A DNA stretch of 63,976 nucleotides, counting the filler, from Trypethelium eluteriae (lineage: Eukaryota), in assembly GCA_051942245.1 (NCBI GenBank). It is 4 parts of 4 records of this genome, joined end to end, with 100 filler letters (N's around TTAATTAATTAA, not from the genome) between each part and the next. Parts side by side here need not be neighbours in the genome. Positions count along the whole stretch, not along the records: positions 16,966 to 33,820 come from JAVECL010000611.1; positions 33,921 to 50,759 come from JAVECL010000612.1; 2 more parts are not named here. One strand, 5' to 3'. The position numbers and the translations under genes are program-made. A model generated the notes under the pieces. It had not been told where the DNA came from. It searched no databases and saw nothing but the letters and a program-made list of their open reading frames with translations. Below, piece by piece: positions 24,201 to 35,872 of this stretch (position 1 is the first letter of the stretch; each line of letters starts with the position of its first letter).

Positions 24201-26709
24201 TTTTATGCTTGCTACTTGGACCCCAAGAAGCTGCCGTGTAAGGAATGACCACGTTCCTCTCAACCAAATCTCCAGGCAAGGATGGATTCAGCCGCGTCTT
24301 AATACCAACGTGAGGAGGTATCGTGCCTTTCTGAAAGACTAACATGGTCTTGATAAAGGCCATGATCCCAGCAGCCGCCTCTCCGTGGCCCATGTTAGCT
24401 TTGACAGATCCAATATGGAGAGGTAAATCTCGTGGTCGTACACGATCATTAGCGCCAGGGGCAAAGACGCCTGTAACCGAGCTCATCTCCATGCCATCAC
24501 CTGCTTGGGTTCCAGTGCCATGCATTTCGACATAGCCGACCTCCAGTGGGTCAATTCCAGCACGTCTTATTACTTGGGTATAAAGGTATGCCTGCGCCGC
24601 ATCATGGGGATGTGTGATGGACACCGCCTCAGCTGAATGATCAGTTGCTGCAGACAGAATAACGGCAAGGATATTATCGTTGTCGGCCTGAGCATCCTCT
24701 AGTCGTTTCAGAACTACACTGCCAACACCATCTGCACGGCAATAGCCATCCGCTCCCTCATCCCATGTCTTACAGCCTCCGGTCGGGGACAGAAAGTGGC
24801 CGCTGCTCAGTCCTGCGTAGACATCAGAGTTTGTGAGGATGTTGAGTCCTCCTGTGATTGCCATGTCGACATCTGCACTCCATAGTGAGGTACATGCAGC
24901 CTGTATTGCTGCTAAACTAGATGAGCAGGCTGTGTCGACGCTGAAGCTTGGGCCCCAGAATTTGAAGAAGTAGTTAATGCGTCCAGGAGCAAACGCTCTA
25001 CACCCACCGGGAATGAAGTAAGTACTAACATCCTGGCCGGAGTTCACCTCGCGGTAATCATCGCTGGCTTGTCCGTAGAATGTACCCACACGTCGGGAAT
25101 GTATACCTCGACCATGCACATACCCTGAATTCTCTAACGCTTCGAAGGCTGTGACTAGGGCAAGTCGATGCATTGGGTCTGTCTGCTCAGCCTCCCGTGG
25201 AGACATCCCAAAAAACATGGCATCAAAAAGACCAGGGTTATCCACAAAGCAGCCGTAGGGCGTTTTAGACGTGTTGGGCTTTTTCCCCGCTGGGTCAACA
25301 TGGGTTTCAACATTGAAGCGATCTGGTGGGACGTGACTGTGGACATCTCGCCCTTGTGCCAATACCTGCCAGAACTTATCTGTGTCATCCGCGCCCCCTG
25401 GAAACCGGCAAGCCATTCCTACGACGGCGATTTTCGACGACTTCGCGTCCTTGGGTGGGCTTTTCCCTATTGGGAGACCCATGACTGCTGTCATCATATC
25501 CAGGCTCGATAGCGTCCCTGTGGGAAGTTCGGCTCGCCAATGCTCGAGTAAGCTCTCGAGGTAGTGTGATGGCTGTACGGCAACCAACTGAATGGACTCG
25601 GGCGAAATTTGCCTCAATAGATGGGTAACGCCATTTACGACTCGGTTCCAGCGAACTCTTTCCGTCAAGATCTCCTCCATGATTTGCTCGAGCAGCGACG
25701 TAGCGTCGGTAGACTCAAACAGCTGTCCAGTCACGGGGGAGAACAATGAAAGATACAGCTGATATCCTTGGTCGATCTTCGGGACCATTTCCTGAATATG
25801 CTCCTTGCCATAGATTCTACCCATATGCCACATTCCCTGGATTTTCTTCATCGGCACCGCCCTTGTGTGCTTGAAAAAATCAGACTCGGAGAAGAGAGCC
25901 TTGAGAGTCGACGGTGGGCCACCGATGTTGACAGACTTCCCGTCAACATTGAACACAGACGCCATACTCGTCTCAGGAAATGCCTGGTGTCCGTGTTAAA
26001 GTATGATCATTGCATTCGTAAGTGTTCATTTACCTTTTCAGTGTTGAAACGGGCCACTGCTAGGTGGGCGTCCTTCTCATCAATTCCATGTACACAGTAC
26101 ACCCAGGCACCTTCGGCATTGATTTCATCGGGTGAAACCTCCAGTGACCGGCATACTTGGTCTACGACAAGTCCAAATCGAAATGCCACCCTCGTGATGT
26201 CCTCGGCGACATTTGGAATCATCGACACGCTTGGAGACATCCCAACAGCTGCCGCTGAAAGTAGACCTATGCCTCTTCCGATAAGAGAGGCGTTTGACGC
26301 CTGGAAATTGTACTCAAGTGGATGAGCTTCATGATAACTTTGATAAATCGGTAAGCATCCACGTCGAGATCTGTTTTCTGACCACTTACGCAACAAAGCT
26401 ACCTAGCTGAAATACAAAAGCCAATACTCGCTCGATAGCTCCACCAAGTGACGTTTTCCTCAGCTGAACGACATGATCGGTCAAGTCCAGGACGCTCTCG
26501 TAGCATGGTATCAACTCTCTCTGGGCTCGATTCAATCGACTGCATTCTTCTCTCAAAGCTGAGGTAACGCAATCCAAAAATGAAGCTAGGATTGAATGGG
26601 CCCTCTCCTTGCTGAGCAGGTGCAATTTTCTGAACAAATGCCTTTGGTCGCCCTGTGGATCTCCTTGGGGAATCTCGCCAGAGAAGTAGAGAACTTTTGC
26701 TCTTATCAT
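21264..26709 (-). CDS. Non-reducing iterative type I polyketide synthase, SAT-KS-AT-PT-ACP, no TE/R domain (group V type; ~1758 aa); exons 26709-26390, 26337-26034, 25983-22570, 22502-21264
   Basis: KS motifs IAVVGMACRFPG, DTACSSS, EMHGTGTQAGD and KANMGHGEAAAG; AT GHSLGEY and HAYH; PT DGHAMNG; ACP LGLDSLMSL followed by stop. Three introns join to 5277 nt with no internal stop. Confidence 0.96.
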
Positions 26710-29172
26710 GTTAGTCGCAAGCTCCTTTCTGTACACTGCTTTGTTAAACATACGATCGGAAGCGCAGTCAAGCCTATATAAATACTGTGAAATATACATG
26801 GGATGTTAGGCGGACTCGGACTCCAGGCCCGTGTACCGGGGTCTTTTCCTCTGGTTCTTGAAGTTGGACGGATTCGGGTTTTAGGCCCGGATACTAAAAT
26901 CCTTTCGTCCCATTCGACGTGGTATTGCAAGGAGCCCGGTAAACACTAGCAACCCTAGCTCGGCGTCCGTGACAAATACGTACCTAAGCGTCGATATGGT
27001 TGTTTGATATTATTCTTTTGTTGCTCTGTCTTTTTCTTCTGTTTTTCCATCTTTCCAAAATCTGCGTCTTTGAGGTCACTGTCAATTTTGCGGAAGCTTG
27101 GGTCTGGTTGTATTCGCGACTCCAAGGAGCCCTATGAAGCCAAGTTTCACGCGCTATAGCGATCGTTGTTACATGGATACTTAGCTCCCGTCCTATTGAC
27201 GGTTCCCTGGCTGACAAAGCACTTGGTAATAAACCCACCACTAAATTATTTATCGGAAAGACCGCCTTTTATTTAAAATATTGTGGTATAGATCAAATGG
27301 CTAGGCTTGTAGCTATAGACAGAAGTAGAGACAAATTCGAGAAGTTTTGAATAGTAGATGTTGATCGACAAGATGTCAGAAAGGGTGAAACAGAATGGGC
27401 GGAAATAAGAGCCAGATGGGGTTGTTTTTTTTTTGGCTTTTTTTTTTACAAAGAAAAGGCTCTTGTATAGCTGAGACAGCTCTATTTCTTAAGCAACGTT
27501 GGCTTAAGACCTATTTGAGTCCACTGATTCCCCTGTTCACGTCTCCGCTAGATCTTTACTCAGTCAATCTTCTTTTTCTAGATCTAAACTAGAGTCACCC
27601 TCAAGATTCCACGCCAGATATAAATCATCATTTAGGTTCTCTTCTATAGTTAAGTTCTTTTCTAGGATTTTAATTGAGAATGAGTCTAGATAATAGAATC
27701 TACACCAGAAAAATGGCCTTTCGGGATCGGAGATAGATGTCCAATTTAGATACTCCGCTAGCCACACCCAATACAATCTTGACAGCTCTATTTAATTTTG
27801 ATTTACACTTATTTTGTGTCTTTTTAAACGTATTCTATATAGAACACACCGAAATATTTATTCTTATTTTCATCAGTATATAACATTTATATTATCTCCA
27901 AAACTTAAGTATTGTGAGAGGGTCCGATTTTAATAAGGTAGTCTATGTTAAGATCGGACACTTGTTACCGACCTGGAGAGTCTAGATTCAGATCTATGCA
28001 GTATGCTCCGAGCTAGACTACTTTAGACTAGGATGTGCATCACTTTGACCAGGGAGGAAAGAAAATCCGGGTCAATGACCACGACCATTGCTGCTAGCGT
28101 TGCTGTAGCTACAACTATCGACCTGTCATCTATGTACGAGCAGCTGTAGAGCCGCAAGATTCCGATCTATGACTAGCTAGCACAATTGTTATCGCCCAAC
28201 GAAGTAGCCGCTGTCTGTCTGGCCATCCCGTCCAGACCTTACCTTACGTCCCCTGGAGTACACCGGCAACGGAAACGTAGAAAATAGTAGAATATCCCAC
28301 CCGAAGCTGTATGACTCGATTTTGTGGAGGTAACGTCTTTCCTGCATCGTAGATCGGCATGGGCACCACTAATGGATCCCGGTTAGGAGATCGGCCTCAT
28401 GCATTTGTATTTCAGATTTCCCGGCAGGTTCCACAATTTGCATGCCACATTCGCCATCACTTCCTCAAGATACTGAACTCGCAGCTCTATGCATGACGAC
28501 ATGAGATTCGATATGCAAGATCTATGCTGCCTTGAAATTGTGTCTGTTGGATACCGAGTTTCGTTTTCGGGTTGGGTAAAGACCTAAGAGGTTGACTGCA
28601 TACATTGGGCTTTTACTCAAGAATTCATGGGCCGCAGAGATGAGCAATGACAGAACATGCTCTACGTCGGGCCAGTCCAACAACGCCCTCTTCGATTGGA
28701 CAAAGTCCTGACTCTTGCGCTTCGACCGCCCTCTGCGAGCTGCTCAGCCTACGAGGAACCCTCCGTCCTCGTGAGACTTTTTCTGGGAGACTCATAGGCG
28801 CCCCCAATAAGTTCTGTCAACAGACACAAAGTGAAATCGTCATGAACGCGAGCTTCTCTGGCGTAGTAATGCGGAAGAAATCTTATAAAGAAAATTTGAT
28901 TACTGATAAGCCTTCAAGAAAGTATTGATGGAGACCCCGGTGGTGTAGTGACACGATCGATCTCTGCTTTTTTTGGTCTTCTTTTCCTGCCCTTTTCGGA
29001 TCCGATTCATCCCTGTTGTCGATATATCTCCCGAGGCACAGGTATTAGTAATGGTAAGATACCTCAAAAGCATTCTCTATTAAAGGAGTCTCAGGCGCTG
29101 CCCGACCTTATCTCTTAGTATCTCGTGCTACCCAGTTTCTCCACATTATCTGCTCGTAATTGACGAAACATC

Positions 29173-30616
29173 ATGTCAAATCCTCTTGAAGATGTAAAGC
29201 AGCTTCTAGCGTCCACGAACGGAACTTCGCGGGGTATTTTACTGGAGGAGCTGCAGGAGCTCATTGTTTCTGCAGAGACATCCCAGGAGACTGCCACGCG
29301 TATGTATGTGACAAATCCCAGCCAAGAACCTAATACAAAGGGTCCTGCTGACTTTCCGCGGTGCACTCTATGTAAGCACAGTGAATCAAAGTACAGAGCT
29401 TCACCGCTACTAACCATCCCCAGCCCTTGCAAGCATCAGCTGCAAGAATAGGTCATGATTTGAAAATTTTCGAAGCTCTGAGGAGCTCGGGAACCAAAAC
29501 CCTTGAACAGCTACAGGATATGACTAATGCTAACCCCATCACCCTTGGTGCGTCTTGTACCTGTTATTTGAGGTATCTCAGGGGCATCTACTGATTGTCA
29601 GTGTTAGGACGTCTCCTCAGATATATGGCTTCGGTGGGACTCATTCGTGAAGCAGGTGTTAATCAGTTTGAAGCCAACCAGACATGCCAAAAGCTAGCAA
29701 CACCAGAGGCAGTCACGACCTTGACGCACTTGTAAGTGACGCTCCTCTCTCATTCCAGGCAATCGAACATCAGACGATAATCGGTTGTATAGCTTTGATA
29801 ATGGCGGTCCTCTGTTTCAAGCAATGCCTGCCTTCCTACGCAACAGCAACTATCAGGATGTTACCGATGAAAAGGCTACAGTCTTTCAGTCTGCACTCAA
29901 GACCGACTTAGACACATACACGTGGTTCTCCCAAAATCCTGAGCTCTTGGGAGCTCTGGTTAAGTACATGGCTTTAGAGCAGTCAGTGAGAGCCCGCTGG
30001 CTAGACGAATATCCAATCGAGCGCGACACTCAAAACTGGGATCCCACCTTGCCTGTCTTTGTGGACGTTGGCGGTAATGTTGGACACTACTGCGCACTAT
30101 TCAGACACCGTTTCCCTAACGTCCCTGGTCGTGTCATCTTGCAAGATCTGCCCCATACCCTTGCCCAGGCGTTGCAGACACCGGGCGTCGAAGCTCTTGC
30201 GCACGATTTCTTTGAGCCTCAGCCTCTGAAGGGTGAGTGAATGTCATGTTCAGCTCATAAGGCGCCTGGTTCTCTTAGACATAGATACTTATGGTTTTCC
30301 AGGTGCCAGGTTTTATCACCTTGGTTGGATCCTTCATAATTGGAGTGATGAGAAATCGAAGCACATTTTGCGCCAGATCAGGTCTGCTATGGGTGTTCAG
30401 TCCGTGCTTCTGATCAACGATATGATACTACCCGAAACAGAAGTACCCGCCCATGCAGCTGCTCTGGACCTGGTGATGTTGGGCGGGTGTGGCGGTCGGG
30501 AGCGGACAATGAAGGAGTGGAGAGATTTGCTTGGCGATGTTGGCTTGGTGATCAAGGAATGCATCATGTATAATCGGGAACTTTGCCATGGTATTATTGG
30601 CGTGGTATTGAGCTAA
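29173..30616 (+). CDS. SAM-dependent O-methyltransferase (Methyltransf_2 type, ~380 aa), divergent from the PKS; exons 29173-29303, 29362-29371 (or 29341-29371), 29424-29547, 29608-29731, 29793-30232, 30303-30616
   Basis: VFVDVGGNVGH SAM motif, VILQDLP, HDFFEPQPLKGARFYHLGWILHNWSDE, GRERT; N-terminal dimerisation region RLLRYMASVGLIRE. The intron 1 acceptor is non-canonical (see findings). Confidence 0.9.
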
Positions 30617-32758
30617 GCGCTAGTCAAGTCGGCGATATGTCCTTTGGTGCTTCGACCCTGTTTAAACAGATAGTATAACTTCCTTCTGACCAACTACGGA
30701 TTAAACAGTTTACTAAGGCTAGACTGTAGCTCGGGAATAGTGGCTTTGGCTGTAAGTAGCGACCACTGAGATGCTGCGGGATCTTCAAAGTTGTATTATT
30801 CTATTGCCGGATCATGCCGAGAGATAAATGCATATCCTGGTTTTCGGATCTGACTCGGAGCTAGCCCGCATTGTTACCGGGTTTCACACGTTTAAGTCAG
30901 GTGCATTGATATCACTCTACTAGGGTGTGCCCAAGGGTCTTGACTCACATGTAAAACACGTCAATAGCAGGCAGTTCTGCAAGAGACCAAGGTCGTCACA
31001 TCAAATCAAGTCACCCATTCGTCAGTGAGGATAGAGTCTCAAATCATCAAACCACTTTTAAAGTCGATCCATGATGAGAAGACCTGGGGTCAGTCGGGAA
31101 TTGTCGTTTCTAAACGGCTGCCTCGACGCATAGTAAGCTCCACATTTCACCTCAGTGCTGTACGTCGGAAACTTCGGAGGATCGTCATCTGCTAAAATGA
31201 CGCCTCCATGCACCACGTTCACAAGTGTAGGTGTAATGTAATTTGTGATATGAATGTGACTTGCACACCTTTCTGTATTTTTTTGTTTCTCGTCTTCTGT
31301 GCCGAGTGCGGTATAGCCTCCAGGGGTCCCGGTAGTCATCGCATATTCGATGCAGTGTTGGCGGTCCCTCAGTCGCACACAGGTGTCTATCACTGTATAG
31401 CAATCCAAGCAAGTCGCTATTGTGATTTTATGCGTTCGTCTACATTGGAAGAAGTATTACTAATTTACTATAGAGAAAATATAAAACATTTCCTGATATC
31501 AGTCTTGGTTAAAGATAGGCTAGTATTTGGTATTATTGAGATTTATGCAAATAACTCTTTATTATATCTTACAGCGTTGAATGAGCTTCTATAAATATAA
31601 ATGGAGAGAGGACCGCACCATACGAACAGAGCCTGATGCACGCTGCAAACAGGATTCCTTTGTTGAGCATGCTGAAATCAAAGGATCATGTACTATGGAA
31701 CATATATTATAAACTCGTAATAGTATTATCTACCTTGTTATGTAAACTAGATCCTTAGGAAAGTATCAAAGAGGCCAAGATTGTGTGTACAGCCTTGTCG
31801 AACCTGCCTTAGACTTGTAAGTCGGATTCTTATCATAATCTGTTTACGTCTTCAAACCCTTGCCTCGTGCTTGTGCCCACTGCCCACCGTCTTGGAAAAA
31901 AGTAAGATTACAATGCATTTGACCCTGTCCTATCGTGCTTGCACGGCTCGGCCCGCTCAGATCTGACAGCCTCGGTGCATCTTGGATTCTGGAGGCTCCC
32001 CCGTGTCCCCTAAAGAATCCACCCTGCTGCGTTCGGATCTCACGCACAATCCCTGTTCTACGACATCACACAAGGACTGGAATGGGAATGAGAGAATCGT
32101 ACCAGCCAATCCACCAAGGTTGAGTGATTCCATAGATGTCGCTATTGATCCTCAGGCAAAAGTACAGCCGCTAACAGCGTGATGCGGCATTTCATACTGC
32201 AAGATCAGCATGTCCTTGAGCTCAGCCATGCATAACCGTCGCAACTGCTGTCTGGCGGCCAGTGCCTTGCATACCTAACTTGTGATTTCGGCTCATAAGA
32301 GGCCCGGAATTCTGGATGAGGCTGTGGCTCTTTGATGGTTTAGTTACAGTGTCACTTCGCAAACGTCATCACATCTTCTGCATTCCTCCTTTCCGGAAGG
32401 TAGAGCTGGCTTCCCTTGGCATAAGCCGTTGCTCTGATCTGTCCCGGCTTGGCTATCGGAACTCCGTTTAGCTCAATATGCTGCATGCATGAATTCGCTA
32501 AGATGTCACGGCAGAACTAAAAGTTCACAGCGAATTCCATTCACAGTGCTTGTCGAGCTGGGTCTGTCGTGTTACTTGTTAAGGCCCCTCCAGTCTATCC
32601 AGTGACTTAGGTTTGGAAGACTTTGTCCCGACAACGTCCGAGCCCGGACAGGCTTGCCCGAGTTCTAAGAATCGCGGAGCTGAGCGGCTCTCTTCAAATT
32701 TGCAAGGCTCCGAAACTCTCAGAATTCAAGCACCAATTCGTAAAAACTTATCATGATC

Positions 32759-32895
32759 CAGTGTTGTAAGAAATAGTAAACTAGCAAATTACTTTTTACT
32801 TTACTATTACTATTACTATTACTATCATGCAATTTGCGTTACTACGTTACTACTACCTAGTAAAATAGTAATTACTCAGTACATTTACATCACTG
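32759..32895. mobile_element. 137-bp MITE-like non-autonomous DNA transposon, hAT type
   Basis: Ends CAGTGTTGTAA / TTACATCACTG form a 10-of-11 inverted repeat. Flanked by a perfect 8-bp direct repeat TCATGATC (32751-32758 and 32896-32903). AT-rich interior made of TTACTA/TAGTAA units. Confidence 0.85.
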
Positions 32896-32923
32896 TCATG
32901 ATCCCCTTCGACTAATTCACTAT

Positions 32924-33820
32924 CTAGAGAAAGTCTGACTGCTTCACTAGATATGTCAAGGCGCCAAGTGCATACGCATCCACTGCAACTTTTAATGTCG
33001 GCTGCAGAACCGGTGCGAAAAGCGGACTGTGATTGATCGGAAGCTCATCCAACTTTCCCTCCTTCTCCAATTTGTCCCAGACCTCAGGATCTGTACCGCC
33101 ATAAACCCAAAAGCAACATGGTCTATTAATGCTAGTGCCTAGGATAGCAAAGTCCTCACTGCCGCCCAGGCGCGGACCGTCTCGTGCAAAGTGATGCGGC
33201 AACTCCTGGAAATGCTCAGCAAAGGCCCCGGTCAGCGTTTCCACAATCTTCTCATCATTGAACATCAACGGAAACTCTCTTGTCTTTCGAAATTCTGGTT
33301 CTTTTAGGGCCCCAGACGCTTCACACTCAGCTCTCACTATCCTCTCTACCGACTTTAGCACCCGTTCGCGAGTCGAAGCGTTGATAGCGCGAGTGTCAAC
33401 TTTCATTACTGCCGATCCAGGAATCACATTCTCAGCGTCACCACCAACGATACTGCCAACGGTGACCACTGCAAGATCATCCGGCGCAACTTCGCGAGAC
33501 ACGATGGTTTGAAGTCGTGTCACGGCTGATGCGGCCATCACAACCGGATCGATCGAGCGATGAGGTTGCGAGGCATGGCTTCCGCGTCCGTGAAGCGTGA
33601 TATGCAGGCTATCGGCGGAGGAAGCCATGAGGTTTTTGCGCAGAGAGATAGTGCCTAGACAGAGTCAACGTGCTCTAGGCGTTTTCGACCATTTCGTTCC
33701 CCCCCAAAACAGGGGAACCGAACGCTGGTGAAAAGTCTAAAATCCAGACTCACCAGCTCGATTCGGCATGACATGCCCCCCCAAAACCACATCCGGCAAC
33801 CCTCCCACCCTCTCATACAA
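32924..33820 (-). CDS. M20-family amidohydrolase (hippurate hydrolase/Acy1-like), 5'-truncated by contig end; exons <33820-33754, 33654-32924
   Basis: PDVVLGGHVMP, HGRGSHASQPHRSIDPV, VVTVGSIVGGDAENVIP, GSEDF and NHSPLFAP; intron GTGAGT...CTAG at 33753-33655. Confidence 0.9.
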
Positions 33821-33920
33821 NNNNNNNNNNNNNNNNNNNNNNNNNNNNNNNNNNNNNNNNNNNNTTAATTAATTAANNNNNNNNNNNNNNNNNNNNNNNN
33901 NNNNNNNNNNNNNNNNNNNN
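33821..33920. other. Artificial contig spacer (N44-TTAATTAATTAA-N44)
   Basis: Same 100-nt structure as at 16866. Confidence 0.98.
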
Positions 33921-34374
33921 GTGCTGGTGGAGGGGTCGGCGACGGTCGATGGTGGTCCTGGTGCGTTGGTGGGTTTCGCGCTGGGGGCTACCTTGTATTT
34001 GATGATGCTCTCGACGCCCATGCAGGCAGGGCGGCCGTCGTCGTAGCGGAACTTGGGAACGGCGGGAAAGCCGGCTGCGGTGGTTTGGCGCGGCATCTTG
34101 TTTGGGGGCCCCCCGGGTTTTGAAATGTGAGGATAGGTGCTGCTTGGTTTGTGAGCTTGGTTTCGGTCGTGCCATTCTTGAGTACTCACCTTGAGCTAGC
34201 AGCGCCGGGGTGCTGGGGGTTGCCCTGATGTGATCCACCCAAATATTGTTGGTCGGTTGTTTGGATGCTACTTCTTGCTTCGCTTGCTGCGAGGGAGGTT
34301 TTATCCTCCTCCCGCGTGAGGTCGGGGTCGGGAGTGCTGCTAGAGCGTGAGGTAAAGGTGCGTTTGTTCGCCAT
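33921..34374 (-). CDS. Hypothetical protein, 3'-truncated by contig end; exons 34374-34190, 34139-<33921
   Basis: ATG at 34374 (MANKRTFTSRSS...). A 50-nt intron GTGAGT...GCTCAC...GCAG joins in phase to TYPHISKPGGPPNK..., open to the gap. No family recognised. Confidence 0.5.
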
Positions 34375-35644
34375 TTCAGGCTGATAGAGAGAATCCACGT
34401 CAATGCCGTAAGGCGTTCGTAGTAGTTGAGTGATGCTGAAGTAAGTCAAGCAGCCTAAAGAGACAGGAGAAGGCAAATGAGAATAGCTTTCATAAGGAAG
34501 ATGGGGCCCTGACGTAGTGCTGCAAGAAACCTGCATGTCGATAGTCACCTTCTGACAGCCCCGTGACCCTATATGCAACTGCTTCATGGCTGTGTTACCT
34601 GGACAGTACAAAATAAACTCACTACTTGAAACTAGCCTTCTTCTTTGTCTGTACAGCTCAAACGGACCATTCCAGCATCGATTAGAAATCGATTGGTCAA
34701 GCGACTCGTCCATCCATTGAGCTTGCGCAACGTATGACTAGTGTACCACAGGCTCTACGTATATATCAAGCGCCAAAAGATATTCAATAGCGAATGACAC
34801 AAGTTCCGGAACGATGCACAATCGCCACATACATGAATGACTTAATACGACGCACATCGACTATCATGTTTGCAGGTCGCACGTTGAGAACTTGAGACCA
34901 GATTTTAGAAGGGCTTAGAATATCAATATATCACGAGAAATTGGCCTTGGCATGTAAATCCAGGTCTCAGAAGTAGAAAACTTATTCAGAGACCTCCTCA
35001 GAATACTCTGAAGCTCCTCATATGAATGCAGATCAAATGAAGTGATTAGAAAACGTCCTGAACTAATGCAGAAAGAATTAAAGATTGTTCTCATCAGTAA
35101 AGCGAAAGTTGCATTTTTACGAATTGAGGAAAAGGTGAGTGCAGGAAGACTCATTTCTGCACGTTCTAATGTGTCGTTCCCTACTCGACCATAATCCTTG
35201 TTGCTGACATCCGGCAAAGATTATACTTGAGCAGAAACTGAGCACAGGAGCTAAAGTACGAGATAAAGAAAATAGGGCGGACATATTCTATCGCGAGTAT
35301 GTGCTGTAGTGAGTGGGTAGGCAAAGCTCCGCTCCCGCTTAGTGACATCCATACATAAACTCGCCATTTTCGTCAAGATGACCCCATTGGCTCTCATAGA
35401 AAGTGAGTGTATAAAAATTCATCACAGGTACTCAATTATTGTAAATAAATCCGATGTTGAGGTATGCCACATTTTCCACTGTAACGAAAAGACCCTGGGA
35501 TCTCTGATGAGATCGGGAAGGATATCCACCTCCCGAAATGTAACTCCATCACGCCAAACGCCAGAAGAACGCCCTACTAGCGTAGCCGCTGGATGCGTCC
35601 TTGCCGTAACATTCATCGCTGAGCAGATTGCGCAGCTGTTGAGG

Positions 35645-35872
35645 CTATTTCATCGAGAGCCAGCTCACAATCGCTTCCCGATGTCTGGTCTGAGGATGTC
35701 TGTAATTTGAAGCAGCCGATTGTTGGCCTGAGGGCTGGGGTGCCTGCCGTTGGGGGGTTTTTGATTGGTCGATGAGTCGTGTCGTCGAATTAGTAGTAGA
35801 TGAAGAGACAATCGAGGCATTGTCCGCCGTTGCGGATGATGTGGAAGATTTGTCTCGGGAAGATGATGACAT
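35645..35872 (-). CDS. Small Ser/Thr-rich hypothetical protein (75 aa)
   Basis: Single-exon ORF MSSSSRDK...DNASIVSSSTTNSTTRLI...HREAIVSWLSMK, with a TATAAG about 240 nt upstream on the minus strand. From memory the layout matches a recurring fungal small-protein type; not verified. Confidence 0.55.
   Translation of the reverse strand: MSSSSRDKSSTSSATADNASIVSSSTTNSTTRLIDQSKTPQRQAPQPSGQQSAASNYRHPQTRHREAIVSWLSMK

Noticed and set aside
29304..29423. Stwintron (nested intron) explanation for the odd OMT intron 1
   Set aside because: Removing the downstream intron 29372-29423 does not create a new AG or donor at the junction.
31058..31408. 116-aa ORF downstream of the OMT
   Set aside because: Non-ATG start, no motif, no exon model.
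32924..33820. Amidohydrolase as the PKS-releasing enzyme or a cluster member
   Set aside because: M20 family, not a metallo-beta-lactamase thioesterase; 2.3 kb from the OMT with nothing else linking it.
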